64,000 nucleotides of DNA. Source: Candidatus Latescibacterota bacterium (GTDB lineage: Bacteria; Krumholzibacteriota; Krumholzibacteriia; WVZY01; JAKEHA01). The stretch spans positions 2,408,882 to 2,472,881 of the forward strand of contig OY970173.1 of assembly GCA_963707635.1 (NCBI GenBank), given 5' to 3'. The translations under genes were made by a program, and so were the position numbers. Of this stretch, positions 1 to 9,185 are shown in pieces (positions within the stretch are counted from its first letter, which is position 1; each line of letters opens with the position of its first letter). The notes beneath the pieces are model-generated. The model worked only from the letters and a program-made list of their open reading frames with translations. It made no database searches and was not told where the DNA came from.

Positions 1-752
1 TCCCGCAGCGGCATCACGCCCACGTCGAAGCCGCGCAGCTCGTCCGCCTCCCGCTCGTACTCCCACGCCCGCGCCTCCAGCTCGATCCCGGCGGCGGCGA
101 AGCGTTCGTCGCCGACGACGCGCAGCACGAAGTCGGCGCGCGCCTGTGCGCGCGCGAGCGCCGGGACCGCGTCGGCGAGAAAGCGCGCCGTCTCCGGGCT
201 TCCCATCCACCCCACCACCACCGGCCCGGCCGCTGGGCGGGCGGCGCGCGGCGTGAAGCGCTCCGCGTCGACCACGGTCGGAAAGTGGACGGTGTGGGGG
301 TTGAACGCGCGCGCGTAGTCGGCCAGCCAGCGGTTTCCGGCCAGGACCAGCGAGGCGCGCGCGATGGCAGTGGGGATCTTTCGCGCCAGCAGCGGACGCC
401 CCCGGTACGGGAGGTGGATCGCGTCGTCGATGTCCAGGATCACGCGCGCGCGGGCGATCGACAGCACCCATTCGACGATCGGGGGCGCCCACGGAAACAG
501 TTCCTTCTGGACGAAGACGACGTCGAAACGCCGCGACGCCAGCAGCACGCGCGCGCGATAGAGCGAGCGCGCCGCGAGATACCTGGGCCCCGGTCGCCAC
601 CCCGCAAACCGGGCGGCCAGGTAGCGATCGTCGAGCAGCGGTTCGAGCCGGTACTCGATGCCCGCGCGGTCGAGGTGGGGTAGAAACTGGACGACGCGAT
701 AGCGGCTGCTGGGACCGCCGGCGGCGTAGCGGGTGAGGAAGAGGACGCGCAC
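1..752 (-). CDS. glycosyltransferase (GT-B fold, family 4-like); 3' end lies beyond the window edge
   Basis: Absent from the ORF track because its stop is outside the window. My own minus-strand translation from GTG at 752 gives VRVLFLTRYAAGGPSSRYRVVQFLPHLDRAGIEYRLEPLLDDRYL...VVVGWMGSPETARFL and stays open to position 1. The composition is typical of a GT4 N-terminal half. It starts 13 nt downstream of the gmhA stop. Confidence 0.6.
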   Translation of the reverse strand, partial: MRVLFLTRYAAGGPSSRYRVVQFLPHLDRAGIEYRLEPLLDDRYLAARFAGWRPGPRYLAARSLYRARVLLASRRFDVVFVQKELFPWAPPIVEWVLSIARARVILDIDDAIHLPYRGRPLLARKIPTAIARASLVLAGNRWLADYARAFNPHTVHFPTVVDAERFTPRAARPAAGPVVVGWMGSPETARFLADAVPALARAQARADFVLRVVGDERFAAAGIELEARAWEYEREADELRGFDVGVMPLR

Positions 753-765
753 GCGGCCTCGCCCG

Positions 766-1362
766 TCAGGGCGCGCCCGCGCCGCCGGGGCCGGCGAGCG
801 CGCGCTCGACCATCTCGCACAGGAGATGGATCACCAGCAGGTGGATCTCCTGCACGCGCGGCGTGTCCGTGTCCGGAACCCGGATCGCCAGCGTGCACGC
901 CTCGGCGGCGCGACCCCCGCTTTCCCCGGTGAGCGCGATCGCGGCGGCGCCGGCCGCGCGGGCCGCGGCGCACGCGCGCACCACGTTCTCCGAGTTGCCG
1001 CTGGTGGAGAGCGCGAGCAGGCAGTCGCCGGGCCGGATCACCCCGGCGAGCTGGCGCGAAAACACCTCCGCGAATTCATAGTCGTTGGCGATCGAGGTCA
1101 GCGTGGCCGCGTTGTCGACCAGCGACACGGCGCGCAACGCGCGCCGTTCGCGCTTGAACCGTCCCACCAGCTCGGCCACGAAGTGCGCCGCCTGCGACGC
1201 GCTGCCGCCGTTTCCGCACGCGTACACCATCCCGCCGCCGCGGAGACAGGCCGTGATCGCGTCCGCCGCCTGCTCGATACGCCCCGCCAGAACCGCGGCT
1301 CGCTCGAGCGACTGCGCGCGCGCGGCGAAGGCGGCGCGAATATCGTCGCCGGTCGCGCTCAC
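766..1362 (-). CDS. gmhA: phosphoheptose isomerase (SIS domain)
   Basis: C-terminal 199 codons of track ORF 766..3240: ...GGMVYACGNGGSASQAAHFVAELVGRF...LLALSTSGNSENV...IALTGESGG, a GmhA/SIS signature. GTG start at 1362 overlaps the upstream stop (GTGA). The rest of the 824-aa ORF is Arg-rich off-frame read-through. Confidence 0.8.
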   Translation of the reverse strand: MSATGDDIRAAFAARAQSLERAAVLAGRIEQAADAITACLRGGGMVYACGNGGSASQAAHFVAELVGRFKRERRALRAVSLVDNAATLTSIANDYEFAEVFSRQLAGVIRPGDCLLALSTSGNSENVVRACAAARAAGAAAIALTGESGGRAAEACTLAIRVPDTDTPRVQEIHLLVIHLLCEMVERALAGPGGAGAP

Positions 1363-2414
1363 AGCACCGTGATCTCGCTGTTGTCCCCGACCATCAGGCG
1401 GTAGGCGCGGGGCGGCTTGGTGCCGCGGCGCACGACGACGTTCTTGCCGATGAGGCTGTCGCTCATGCGGCTCCCGATATCGAGAATTGTGCAGTGCTCG
1501 AGGATGATGCTGTTCTCCACCTCGCTGCTCTCGATGTGCGAGCCGGGTCCGATGCTGGTAAAGGGACCCACGTAGGCATTGATGATGCGCGAGCCCCGCC
1601 CGATGATGCACGGGCCGCGCAGAATGCTCCCGCGCACCTCGACGTCGTCGTCGAGGTGGACGTGGCCGTGGATCTCCGAGTCCTCCAGCTGCTTCGACTC
1701 GACGCGCGTCGCCATCCCGGTGAGCACCATCCGGTTGGCGTCGAGCATGTCCTCCAGCTTGCCGGTGTCCTTCCACCAGCCCTCGACGATGTGGGACTGG
1801 ACGTGGTAGCCGTGCTCGATCAGGTACTGGATGGCGTCGGTGATCTCGAGCTCGCCCCGCCCGCTGGGCTTGATCTTGTCGGTGGCTTCGAAGATCGAGG
1901 TCGTGAACATGTACACCCCCACCAGCGCGTAGTCGCTCTTGGGCCGCTTCGGCTTCTCCTCGAGGCCGACCACGCGGTCGCCCTTGAGCTCCGCGACGCC
2001 GAAGTCGCTCGGGTTCTTGACCCGGGTCAGCAGAATCTGCGCGTCGTACTTGCCGCGCGTGAATTCGTCGACGAAATTCTTGATGCCGCCCGAGAGCAGG
2101 TTGTCGCCCAGGTACATGACGAACGGGTCTTCCCCCATGTAGTCGCGCGATATCTTGACCGCGTGCGCGAGGCCGAGCGGCGCCTCCTGGCGAATGTATT
2201 GCACGCGCGCGCCGAACTGCGACCCGTCCCCCACCGCCTGTTTCACTTCGTCCGCGGTGTCGCCCACGATGATCGCGATGTCCTCGATGCCCGCCGCGCG
2301 GATCGCCTCGATGCCGTAGAAGAGGATCGGCTTGTTCGCGATCGGCACCAGCTGCTTGGCGCTGGTGTGGGTGATCGGGCGCAGCCGGGTGCCTTTGCCG
2401 CCGGCGAGGATCAA
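1359..2414 (-). CDS. rmlA: sugar-1-phosphate nucleotidyltransferase, long-form glucose-1-phosphate thymidylyltransferase type (N-terminal NTP-transferase plus C-terminal left-handed beta-helix)
   Basis: MILAGGKGTRLRPITHTSAKQLVPIANKPILFYGIEAI is the canonical G-G-x-G-T-R-L motif. The 351-aa length and hexapeptide-repeat C-terminus fit the long form. Confidence 0.7.
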   Translation of the reverse strand: MILAGGKGTRLRPITHTSAKQLVPIANKPILFYGIEAIRAAGIEDIAIIVGDTADEVKQAVGDGSQFGARVQYIRQEAPLGLAHAVKISRDYMGEDPFVMYLGDNLLSGGIKNFVDEFTRGKYDAQILLTRVKNPSDFGVAELKGDRVVGLEEKPKRPKSDYALVGVYMFTTSIFEATDKIKPSGRGELEITDAIQYLIEHGYHVQSHIVEGWWKDTGKLEDMLDANRMVLTGMATRVESKQLEDSEIHGHVHLDDDVEVRGSILRGPCIIGRGSRIINAYVGPFTSIGPGSHIESSEVENSIILEHCTILDIGSRMSDSLIGKNVVVRRGTKPPRAYRLMVGDNSEITVL

Positions 2415-2453
2415 TGCTTTGATGGTCGGTCCCTCCCTCGGGAACGGTCGGGG

Positions 2454-3953
2454 TCAGTCCTTGATGACGGCGTACACGGACAGGAACAGGCTGGTCAGCG
2501 TCACCGCACCGATGAACAGGTTGCCCAGGATCACGCCCGTGCGCCGTTTGACCAGGATCGTCTCGCCGCGGTACACGACGCTGTCGTGGTTGCCCGAGCG
2601 CGTGTGACCGTGGTTGTCGTAGATCTCGAGCTTGTTGATGCTGCCGCGGTCGCCCGGTCCGCCCGCCATGGCGATGTAACGCCCCGCGGGCAGACCGCGC
2701 TGGAATTCGATCGGCCCCGGGTCGACCACTTCGCCGGAAACGAACACCACGTCGTCGAGCCGCGGGATGTTGATCACGTCGCCCGACAGGAGTGCGATGC
2801 TCGTCGTGGTGTCGCCCTCGACCAGCCGGGAGAGGTCCACCGGGATGAACTCTGCGCTGCCGTCGGACTTGATGCGCTCGATGCGCGAGTTGGCGAGGTC
2901 GTGGTCGTTGCGCAAGCGGATGAACCGGGGCAGGAATGACGCGATCGTCTCGCCCGGCTCCAGATAGATGCGCCCGTCGCGCCCGCCACCGCCCTGCACG
3001 CGCACGAAGTCGATCCCGGGAAAACTGCGCAGGTCGGGAACGACAATCACGTCGCGGTCGCGCACGGTGGTCGTGCGGGCGCCGGCTTCGTCCAGCGCGA
3101 TGATCGAAACGTCGCCGCTGTCGCTCACGCGCTCGAGCACGAGCCGGCCGAGATCCGCGTTGGTGGTGAACCCGCCGCCCAGATTGATCAGGTCCATCAG
3201 GGTCTCGCCCTCCACGATCTCGTAGACCTCGGTGCGCCACACTTCGCCCGCCACCTCCGCCGTCGCGCCGCGCGACGGCACGAACACGCTCTGTCCCTCG
3301 TGCAGCATCGGGTTCTGCGTCAGGTCGCCGAGCCGCTGGAACTTCAGCAGGTCGTAGCGCGCAACCGTGCCGTCGTTCACCCGGACCTCGACCTTGCGCT
3401 GGGACCCGGTCCCGAGCGCTCCACCCGCCGCCCGGATCACGCTGTCGAGGCGAAACGGAGCCGAGAGCTCGACCGGTCCCGGGTTGCGAATGCCGCCCAG
3501 CACGTAGACCACGAAGGTGCGCGGGATCACCAGCTCGACGTACACTTCGCCGGAGCGATAGAACGACCCGAGTGATTTCGATAGCTCGGCCCGAAACGCC
3601 GTGATCGTCAGTCCCGCCGCCCGGACGAGTCCGGCGTTGGGCACGAGCACGGTTCCCTCCGGCAGCACGCGCAGCGGGACTTCGGTCCCGGCCGCCTTCA
3701 TGAACAGCACGAACTGGTCGCCTGGCCCGATCACGTACTGGTCGGGGTTGATCGGCGCATCCAAACCTTTGGGCACCAGCGCCAGCGCGGCCGCCGCCGA
3801 GTCGGCCGCTGTCACGCCCGGCGTTGTCGATGTCGACGGCGCCTGCCGAAACGGATCCCGTGTGCGGCGCGGCGTCGTGAACATCTGCGCCGGCGCGGCG
3901 GTGGTAACGACCATCACCAGAATCATCATCGAAGCGGTCACCCGAAACAGCAT
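2454..3953 (-). CDS. polysaccharide export protein (Wza-like Poly_export plus repeated SLBB domains)
   Basis: N-terminal signal peptide, YVIGPGDQFVLFM motif, and repeated V.V.G.V..PG blocks (VYVLGGIRNPGPVEL, VFVSGEVVDPGPIEF). Confidence 0.7.
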   Translation of the reverse strand: MLFRVTASMMILVMVVTTAAPAQMFTTPRRTRDPFRQAPSTSTTPGVTAADSAAAALALVPKGLDAPINPDQYVIGPGDQFVLFMKAAGTEVPLRVLPEGTVLVPNAGLVRAAGLTITAFRAELSKSLGSFYRSGEVYVELVIPRTFVVYVLGGIRNPGPVELSAPFRLDSVIRAAGGALGTGSQRKVEVRVNDGTVARYDLLKFQRLGDLTQNPMLHEGQSVFVPSRGATAEVAGEVWRTEVYEIVEGETLMDLINLGGGFTTNADLGRLVLERVSDSGDVSIIALDEAGARTTTVRDRDVIVVPDLRSFPGIDFVRVQGGGGRDGRIYLEPGETIASFLPRFIRLRNDHDLANSRIERIKSDGSAEFIPVDLSRLVEGDTTTSIALLSGDVINIPRLDDVVFVSGEVVDPGPIEFQRGLPAGRYIAMAGGPGDRGSINKLEIYDNHGHTRSGNHDSVVYRGETILVKRRTGVILGNLFIGAVTLTSLFLSVYAVIKD

Positions 3954-3976
3954 GTCGACCTCTCGAATAGGGGGAG

Positions 3977-6664
3977 CTACGCGGCTTCGAGCGCCGCTTT
4001 CAGGAACGCGCGCACCCGGCCGAATTCCGACACGTTGGGGATTCCGAACTGGGCCATGTGTGGCTTGCCGCCGCCGCGGTATCCCAGCCCCTCCGCGACC
4101 CGTTTCGCCAGGTCGTCGGCCCGGACCCCCCGCTCATTTATAGCAGAGTCGCTGGAGACTAACAAACAGACCGGTTTCTCGACTCCCGATTGACACACCA
4201 GCGCCACACCGAGTCCGATCTTCCCGCGCAGCGCGTCTCCGTAGGTGCGCAGGGCATTCACGTCCGGGGCCTCCACCGTGGTTGCGACGAAGCGGATACC
4301 GCCCACGTCCTCGCCGGCCGAGAGCGCTTCCACCGCTTCCGATTGCGCCCGGCGGGCGTCGTCCTTCTTGCGTTCGCGCTGCAGTGCTTCGTGCTCGTCG
4401 AGCAGCGCGCGGACCCGTTTCTCCACCTCGGCGGGCGCGACCCGCAGCAGCGCCGCCACCTGGTTCCACTCGCCCAGCGCGCGCCGCGCGCTGTCGAGCG
4501 CCACCGTGCCGGTGATCGCCTCCACCCGGCGCACGCCCGAGGCCACCGCGGCCTCCTGCCGGATGAAGAACGCTCCGATCTCGCCGGTGCGCTTGAGGTG
4601 GGTTCCTCCGCAGAGCTCTTTCGAAAAACCTTCGATGGACACGACCCGGACCACGTCGCCGTATTTCTCGCCGAAGAGCGCCATCGCGCCGGTCTTCATC
4701 GCCTCCGCGTACGGCAAATTGGCGGTGGTGACCGCCAGGTCTTCCATCACCTTCTCGTTCACCAGCCGCTCCACCTCCGCCACCTCGTCGGGCTTCATGG
4801 CCTGGAAATGGTGGAAGTCGAAACGCATCCGGTCGGGCGCCACCAGCGAGCCGGCCTGCGCCACGTGGTCGCCGAGCACCTTGCGCAGCGCGGCGTGGAC
4901 CAGGTGGGTCGCGGTGTGGTTACGCATGGTCGCGAAGCGGCGTTCGCGATCGACGTGGAGGCGTCCCATGGGCCGGTCGGAGATGCCCTTGCTTACCTGC
5001 GTGAGCATGTCGTCCGCGACTCGCGCAAGGTGGGCAATACGTTCGCCGGAACGATACGCGTCGACGACGTCCAGTTTGCTCTCAGCAAACGACACGGAGC
5101 CGGCGTCGCCCACCTGACCCCCGCCTTCGGGATAAAACACGGAACGGTCGGTCGTGAACTCGACGAAAGGTCCGTCTGTCCCCTGGCGTGCCACGCGATC
5201 CGGTCGCGCCGAACCCAGCGTCACCACCTCCGCGTCACAGTCCAGCGCGTCGTAGCCCAAGAACTCGGTGCGCGGCACGTCGCGAAACACGACCTCCCCG
5301 CGGAATGCCTCGGTGAAGGTCACCTTCTCGTCGACGCGATGAAAGCTCGCCCCCCGCGCGCGTTCCTTCTGTTCCTTCATCGCCTGCTCGAAGCCTTTGG
5401 TGTCGATTTCGAGCCCGCGGTCCTGCGCCATTTCGCTCGTCAACTCGGGCGGGAAGCCGAAGGTGTCGTACAGTTGAAACACGTCCGCTCCGGCCACCCG
5501 CTTCGATCGCCTGGCCGCGTCGAAGAGGACCTCGAGGCGGTTCATCCCCAGCTCGAGCGTGTCGAGGAAGCGCGTCTCCTCCGCGGTGATGACTTCCCTG
5601 ACCAGTGACGCGCGCGGGGCCAGCTCGGGGTAGCGCGGGCCCATCGCTTTCACCACCGCGTCCACCGCGCGCGCCAGAAACGGTTCGCGCACGCCGAACG
5701 GGTGCATCTTGGTGAGCGCGCGCCGCAGGAGGCGCCGCAGCACGTAGCCGCGCCCGTCGTTGGACGGCATGATTCCCTCCGCGAGCGCGAAGGTCAGCGC
5801 GCGGACGTGGTCCGAGGCGGCGTTGATCGCCAGCGCGGCTTTCGCCGCGTCCGCGCCGCGCGGGAGCGCCGCCGCGATCGCGCTGCGGATGGGGAGAAAC
5901 TCGTCGGTGTGAAAATTGTCCTCGGCGCCCTGCAGGATGAACGCGAGGCGTTCGAGCCCGAGCCCGGTGTCGATACCCGGCTTCGGGAGCGGGTCGTAGA
6001 CGCCCTGGTCGGTATAAAAGAACTGGGGAAATACCAGATTCCAGTACTCGATGTAGCGATCGTTGTCGTCGTGGTGGCCGGGGCCCCCGTCCGGGCCGGG
6101 ACGCCCGGTGTCGTAGTGCAGCTCCGACGACGGGCCGCACACCCCGGTGTCCCCCACCGGGCCCCAGAAGTTGTCTTTTCTGCCCAGCCGCTTGATGCGC
6201 GCCTTCGGGAAACCGATGTGCGCAGACCACAGCTCGAACGCCTCGTCGTCGTTCTCGAAGATCGTGACCCAGATGCGCTCGCGGTCGAGCTTCCACACGT
6301 CGATCGACAGCTCCCACCCCCACTCGATCGCCTCGCGCTTGAAATAGTCTCCGAACGAGAAATTTCCCAGCATCTCGAAGAAGGTGTGGTGACGCAGCGT
6401 CCGGCCCACGTTCTCGAGGTCGCTCTGCTTGCCGCCGGCGCGCAGACACTTCTGCACGCTGGCCGCGCGGCGGTACGGCGCCCGCGACGGATCGCGGTAG
6501 TACGCCTTGAACGGGACCATCCCCGCCGCGGTGAACAGGAGCGTCGGGTCCTCGGGCAACAGCGGCGCGCTCGGCACGACGGTATGGCCGCGGGACTCGA
6601 AGAACGAGAGATAGTCCTTCACCAGCCGCGCGACCGCGTAGCGATTCTTCGTTTCATTCACCAT
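3977..6664 (-). CDS. alaS: alanine--tRNA ligase
   Basis: 895 aa with FTAAGMVPFK, QKCLRAGGKQSDLENVG, HHTFFEMLGNFSFGDYFK, and an editing domain with HTATHLVHAAL...CGGTH. Confidence 0.97.
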   Translation of the reverse strand: MVNETKNRYAVARLVKDYLSFFESRGHTVVPSAPLLPEDPTLLFTAAGMVPFKAYYRDPSRAPYRRAASVQKCLRAGGKQSDLENVGRTLRHHTFFEMLGNFSFGDYFKREAIEWGWELSIDVWKLDRERIWVTIFENDDEAFELWSAHIGFPKARIKRLGRKDNFWGPVGDTGVCGPSSELHYDTGRPGPDGGPGHHDDNDRYIEYWNLVFPQFFYTDQGVYDPLPKPGIDTGLGLERLAFILQGAEDNFHTDEFLPIRSAIAAALPRGADAAKAALAINAASDHVRALTFALAEGIMPSNDGRGYVLRRLLRRALTKMHPFGVREPFLARAVDAVVKAMGPRYPELAPRASLVREVITAEETRFLDTLELGMNRLEVLFDAARRSKRVAGADVFQLYDTFGFPPELTSEMAQDRGLEIDTKGFEQAMKEQKERARGASFHRVDEKVTFTEAFRGEVVFRDVPRTEFLGYDALDCDAEVVTLGSARPDRVARQGTDGPFVEFTTDRSVFYPEGGGQVGDAGSVSFAESKLDVVDAYRSGERIAHLARVADDMLTQVSKGISDRPMGRLHVDRERRFATMRNHTATHLVHAALRKVLGDHVAQAGSLVAPDRMRFDFHHFQAMKPDEVAEVERLVNEKVMEDLAVTTANLPYAEAMKTGAMALFGEKYGDVVRVVSIEGFSKELCGGTHLKRTGEIGAFFIRQEAAVASGVRRVEAITGTVALDSARRALGEWNQVAALLRVAPAEVEKRVRALLDEHEALQRERKKDDARRAQSEAVEALSAGEDVGGIRFVATTVEAPDVNALRTYGDALRGKIGLGVALVCQSGVEKPVCLLVSSDSAINERGVRADDLAKRVAEGLGYRGGGKPHMAQFGIPNVSEFGRVRAFLKAALEAA

Positions 6665-6672
6665 TGCTTCGG

Positions 6673-7329
6673 TCAGTCCCTCGCGGCGTCGGGCGCTTCG
6701 TCGGCGTCGTCGCGCTTCACCCGGCGCGCGAGGTCGTAGCCCACGCGGTTGACCACCGCGAAATCGTAGCCCTTGCGCGCGAGCATTCCCATGATCCGGC
6801 GCACGGTCTTCTCGTTCACCCCGCCCGCGCCCACCTGTCGCTCGGCCAGGGCGCGCGCCATGGCTTCCTGCTCGTCGGCCGAGAACGCGTGCAGCGCGCC
6901 GTCGACGACGTCCCGGCTCACCCCGAGCTTCTTCAGGTCGGAGCGGAGCCGGTGCGGCCCCAGCCGCCGCACGTCTTTCTTGACGGAAACGAATTCGCGG
7001 GCGAAGCGCGCGTCGTCGACGAGTCCGGACTCCTCGAGTTCGGCCAGGAGGCCGCGCCGCACCGCGTCGGACAACCCGAGCGCGCGCAGCGCGTCGTCGA
7101 CCTCGCGGCGCGAGCGGGCGCGGATCGCGAGCATGCGCATGGCCTTGTCGCGCCCGCGCAGGCTCTGGTCGATGCCGTCCAGCCGTGCGATGTCCTCGTC
7201 GGACAACTCGGCCCCGACCGCCAGCGCCGCCGCCGCTTCCTCCGGAATGGCAAAAAACCGCCCCCCGGAGAGTCGGATGACCACTCGGTCCCGGGGGCGC
7301 GGTTTTCGCTCGACGATGTGCTCGGACAT
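6673..7329 (-). CDS. recX: recombination regulator RecX
   Basis: 218-aa helical-repeat protein immediately downstream of recA (adjacent codons), with RecX-like repeats (RSRREVDDALRALGLSD...). Confidence 0.85.
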   Translation of the reverse strand: MSEHIVERKPRPRDRVVIRLSGGRFFAIPEEAAAALAVGAELSDEDIARLDGIDQSLRGRDKAMRMLAIRARSRREVDDALRALGLSDAVRRGLLAELEESGLVDDARFAREFVSVKKDVRRLGPHRLRSDLKKLGVSRDVVDGALHAFSADEQEAMARALAERQVGAGGVNEKTVRRIMGMLARKGYDFAVVNRVGYDLARRVKRDDADEAPDAARD

Positions 7330-8493
7330 CTACGTTCGCGCGCGAACGACACCCGGCTTCCGGCGCGGGTTGGCCGACAGCGCGTCTCCACCGCCGCCTT
7401 CCGACGGATCCACCGTGACGGCGGCCGCCAGCGCCTCGGTGGTAGCCGCGCCCGCAACCGCCGGCGCAGGCTTGGCGTCCACGTCGAAGTGGCTGCGGAT
7501 CCGGTCGGCGATCTCGGTGGCGATCGCGGGGTGTTCCTTCAGGAACCGGCGCGCCGCCTCCTTGCCCTGCCCCAGGCGCTCGTCGCCGTAGGCGAACCAG
7601 GTCCCGCTCTTCTTGACGATGTCGACGCTCGCGCCGATGTCGACGATGTCGCCTTCCAGGCTGATGCCTTCGCCGTAGATGATGTCGAACTCGCAGGTGC
7701 GAAACGGCGCCGCCACCTTGTTCTTCACGACCTTCACCTTGGTGCGGCTCCCGGAGACGACCTCGCCTTCCTTGATGGCCGCGATGCGGCGAATGTCCAT
7801 GCGGACGCTGGAGTAGAACTTGAGCGCGTTGCCGCCCGACGTCGTCTCGGGGTTTCCGAACATGACGCCGATCTTCATGCGAATCTGGTTGGTGAAGATC
7901 AAGCAGGTCTTGGTCTTGCTGACCGTGCCGGTGAGCTTACGCAGCGCCTGCGACATGAGCCGCGCCTGCAGCCCCACGTGCTGGTCGCCCATTTCGCCGT
8001 TGATCTCGGCCTGCGGCACCAGCGCCGCCACCGAGTCGACGACGATCACGTCGAGCGCACCGCTGCGGATCAGGACCTCGGCGATCTCGAGCGCCTGCTC
8101 GCCCGTATCGGGCTGCGAGATGAGGAGATTGTCGATGTCGAGGCCGATCTTCTTGGCGTAGCCGACGTCGAACGCGTGCTCGGCGTCGATGAACGCCGCC
8201 AGGCCGCCGCGGCGCTGGGCGTTGGCGATGATCGAACACGTGAGCGTGGTCTTGCCGGACCCTTCCGGCCCGAAGATCTCGACGATGCGTCCCCGCGGCA
8301 CCCCGCCCACGCCGAGTGCGAGGTCGAGCGCCAGGCTCCCGGTCGGGATGATCTCGACCGGCACGACGGCGTAGTTGGCACCCAGGCGCATGATCGACCC
8401 CTGACCGAACTGCTTTTCGATCTGCTGCACGGCGAGTTCGATCGCCTTGCCTTTTTCTTCCGACGTCCCCGTTGTCTGTGGTCTGGTTGACAT
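7330..8493 (-). CDS. recA: recombinase RecA (with an Ala/Gly/Pro-rich C-terminal extension of ~35 aa)
   Basis: [17 protein letters not shown] Walker [49 protein letters not shown] upstream. Confidence 0.97.
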   Translation of the reverse strand: MSTRPQTTGTSEEKGKAIELAVQQIEKQFGQGSIMRLGANYAVVPVEIIPTGSLALDLALGVGGVPRGRIVEIFGPEGSGKTTLTCSIIANAQRRGGLAAFIDAEHAFDVGYAKKIGLDIDNLLISQPDTGEQALEIAEVLIRSGALDVIVVDSVAALVPQAEINGEMGDQHVGLQARLMSQALRKLTGTVSKTKTCLIFTNQIRMKIGVMFGNPETTSGGNALKFYSSVRMDIRRIAAIKEGEVVSGSRTKVKVVKNKVAAPFRTCEFDIIYGEGISLEGDIVDIGASVDIVKKSGTWFAYGDERLGQGKEAARRFLKEHPAIATEIADRIRSHFDVDAKPAPAVAGAATTEALAAAVTVDPSEGGGGDALSANPRRKPGVVRART

Positions 8494-8576
8494 TATCGTC
8501 TCCCTTGCAAATACTCGAGTGGCTGGCCCATCCCATCCGCACCGCGCCCCCGCGTCCAGCCGCTCGCGGGGCGCAT

Positions 8577-8592
8577 CAACAAATATGTGTTC
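8577..8592. promoter_or_regulatory. candidate LexA-type operator (imperfect palindrome GAACAcatattTGTTG) upstream of recA
   Basis: On the recA strand the sequence reads GAACACATATTTGTTG, about 85 nt upstream of the recA ATG. It is an AT-rich island in GC-rich intergenic DNA with an AACA-N6-TGTT inverted repeat reminiscent of GAAC/GTTC SOS boxes. Confidence 0.25.
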
Positions 8593-8626
8593 CGACCAAC
8601 GTGCAGCCGGATACTAGCACGGGGTT

Positions 8627-9184
8627 TCACGGCAAGGCAAAGGGTTTGACCACCGAATACTGGGCGCCGGTACGGCCCAAACGGCTTTCCGTGAGCGTGA
8701 AGGTGGAAACGCGGAAGACGGGAGTGACAAGCGCGGGGACAGTCGCCAGCCTCGCCGCCACCGACGCCGGCAGCGGCTCCTTGACGCGCGCCACCGTCAC
8801 GTGGGCGTGGAAAGGACGCGATTCCGGTTTCAATCCGATCGCGGCCTCGAGCGCGGTGTCGATTTCACGCGCCAGCGCGGCGAGCGCGGGCGCACCCTGC
8901 TCCACCCGGTAGAAGAGCACGCGCGGCGAGCGCAGGTCGGGAAACGCCCCGAAGCGGCCGAGCGTCCCGTCGAAGGCAGCGTGGTGTGAGCGCACGTCCT
9001 CGAGCGCCACCAGCGCGCGTTCGAGCTGGTCGCTTGATGTCTCGCCCAGGAACTTGAGGGTCAGGTGCCAGGTCTCCGGCGAGGACCACCTCCACGGGGG
9101 CCGCTCGACCGGGAATCGATCGATCGCGTCGCGAATCGCGGCGCGGATGGTGTCGTCGAAGTCGACGGCGACGAAAAGGCGCAT
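8627..9184 (-). CDS. thpR: RNA 2',3'-cyclic phosphodiesterase (2H phosphoesterase, ThpR/LigT)
   Basis: From the internal ATG at 9184: MRLFVAVDF...WHLTLKFLG...FHAHVTVAR, giving two H-x-T-x motifs. The upstream part of the track ORF is Arg/Ser-rich off-frame sequence. Confidence 0.8.
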   Translation of the reverse strand: MRLFVAVDFDDTIRAAIRDAIDRFPVERPPWRWSSPETWHLTLKFLGETSSDQLERALVALEDVRSHHAAFDGTLGRFGAFPDLRSPRVLFYRVEQGAPALAALAREIDTALEAAIGLKPESRPFHAHVTVARVKEPLPASVAARLATVPALVTPVFRVSTFTLTESRLGRTGAQYSVVKPFALP

Positions 9185-9185
9185 C

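Noticed and set aside
285-973. Track ORFs 285..683(+), 364..561(+) and 440..973(-) at the window start
   Set aside because: All are Arg/Pro-rich. A different minus-strand frame that runs off the window edge encodes a coherent GT4-like protein covering 1-752.
1363-3240. Upstream 625 codons of the 824-aa ORF 766..3240, and similarly the upstream part of ORF 17766..19508
   Set aside because: Only the C-terminal portions (gmhA, recR) look like real protein. The rest overlaps well-supported genes in other frames (rmlA-like, Wza-like; ybaB, dnaX) and is Arg-rich read-through.
7330-7440. RecA C-terminal ~35-aa Ala/Gly/Pro-rich extension ending in a basic tail
   Set aside because: Variable low-complexity C-terminal tails are common in RecA of high-GC bacteria, and nothing in the sequence suggests an added domain or intein.
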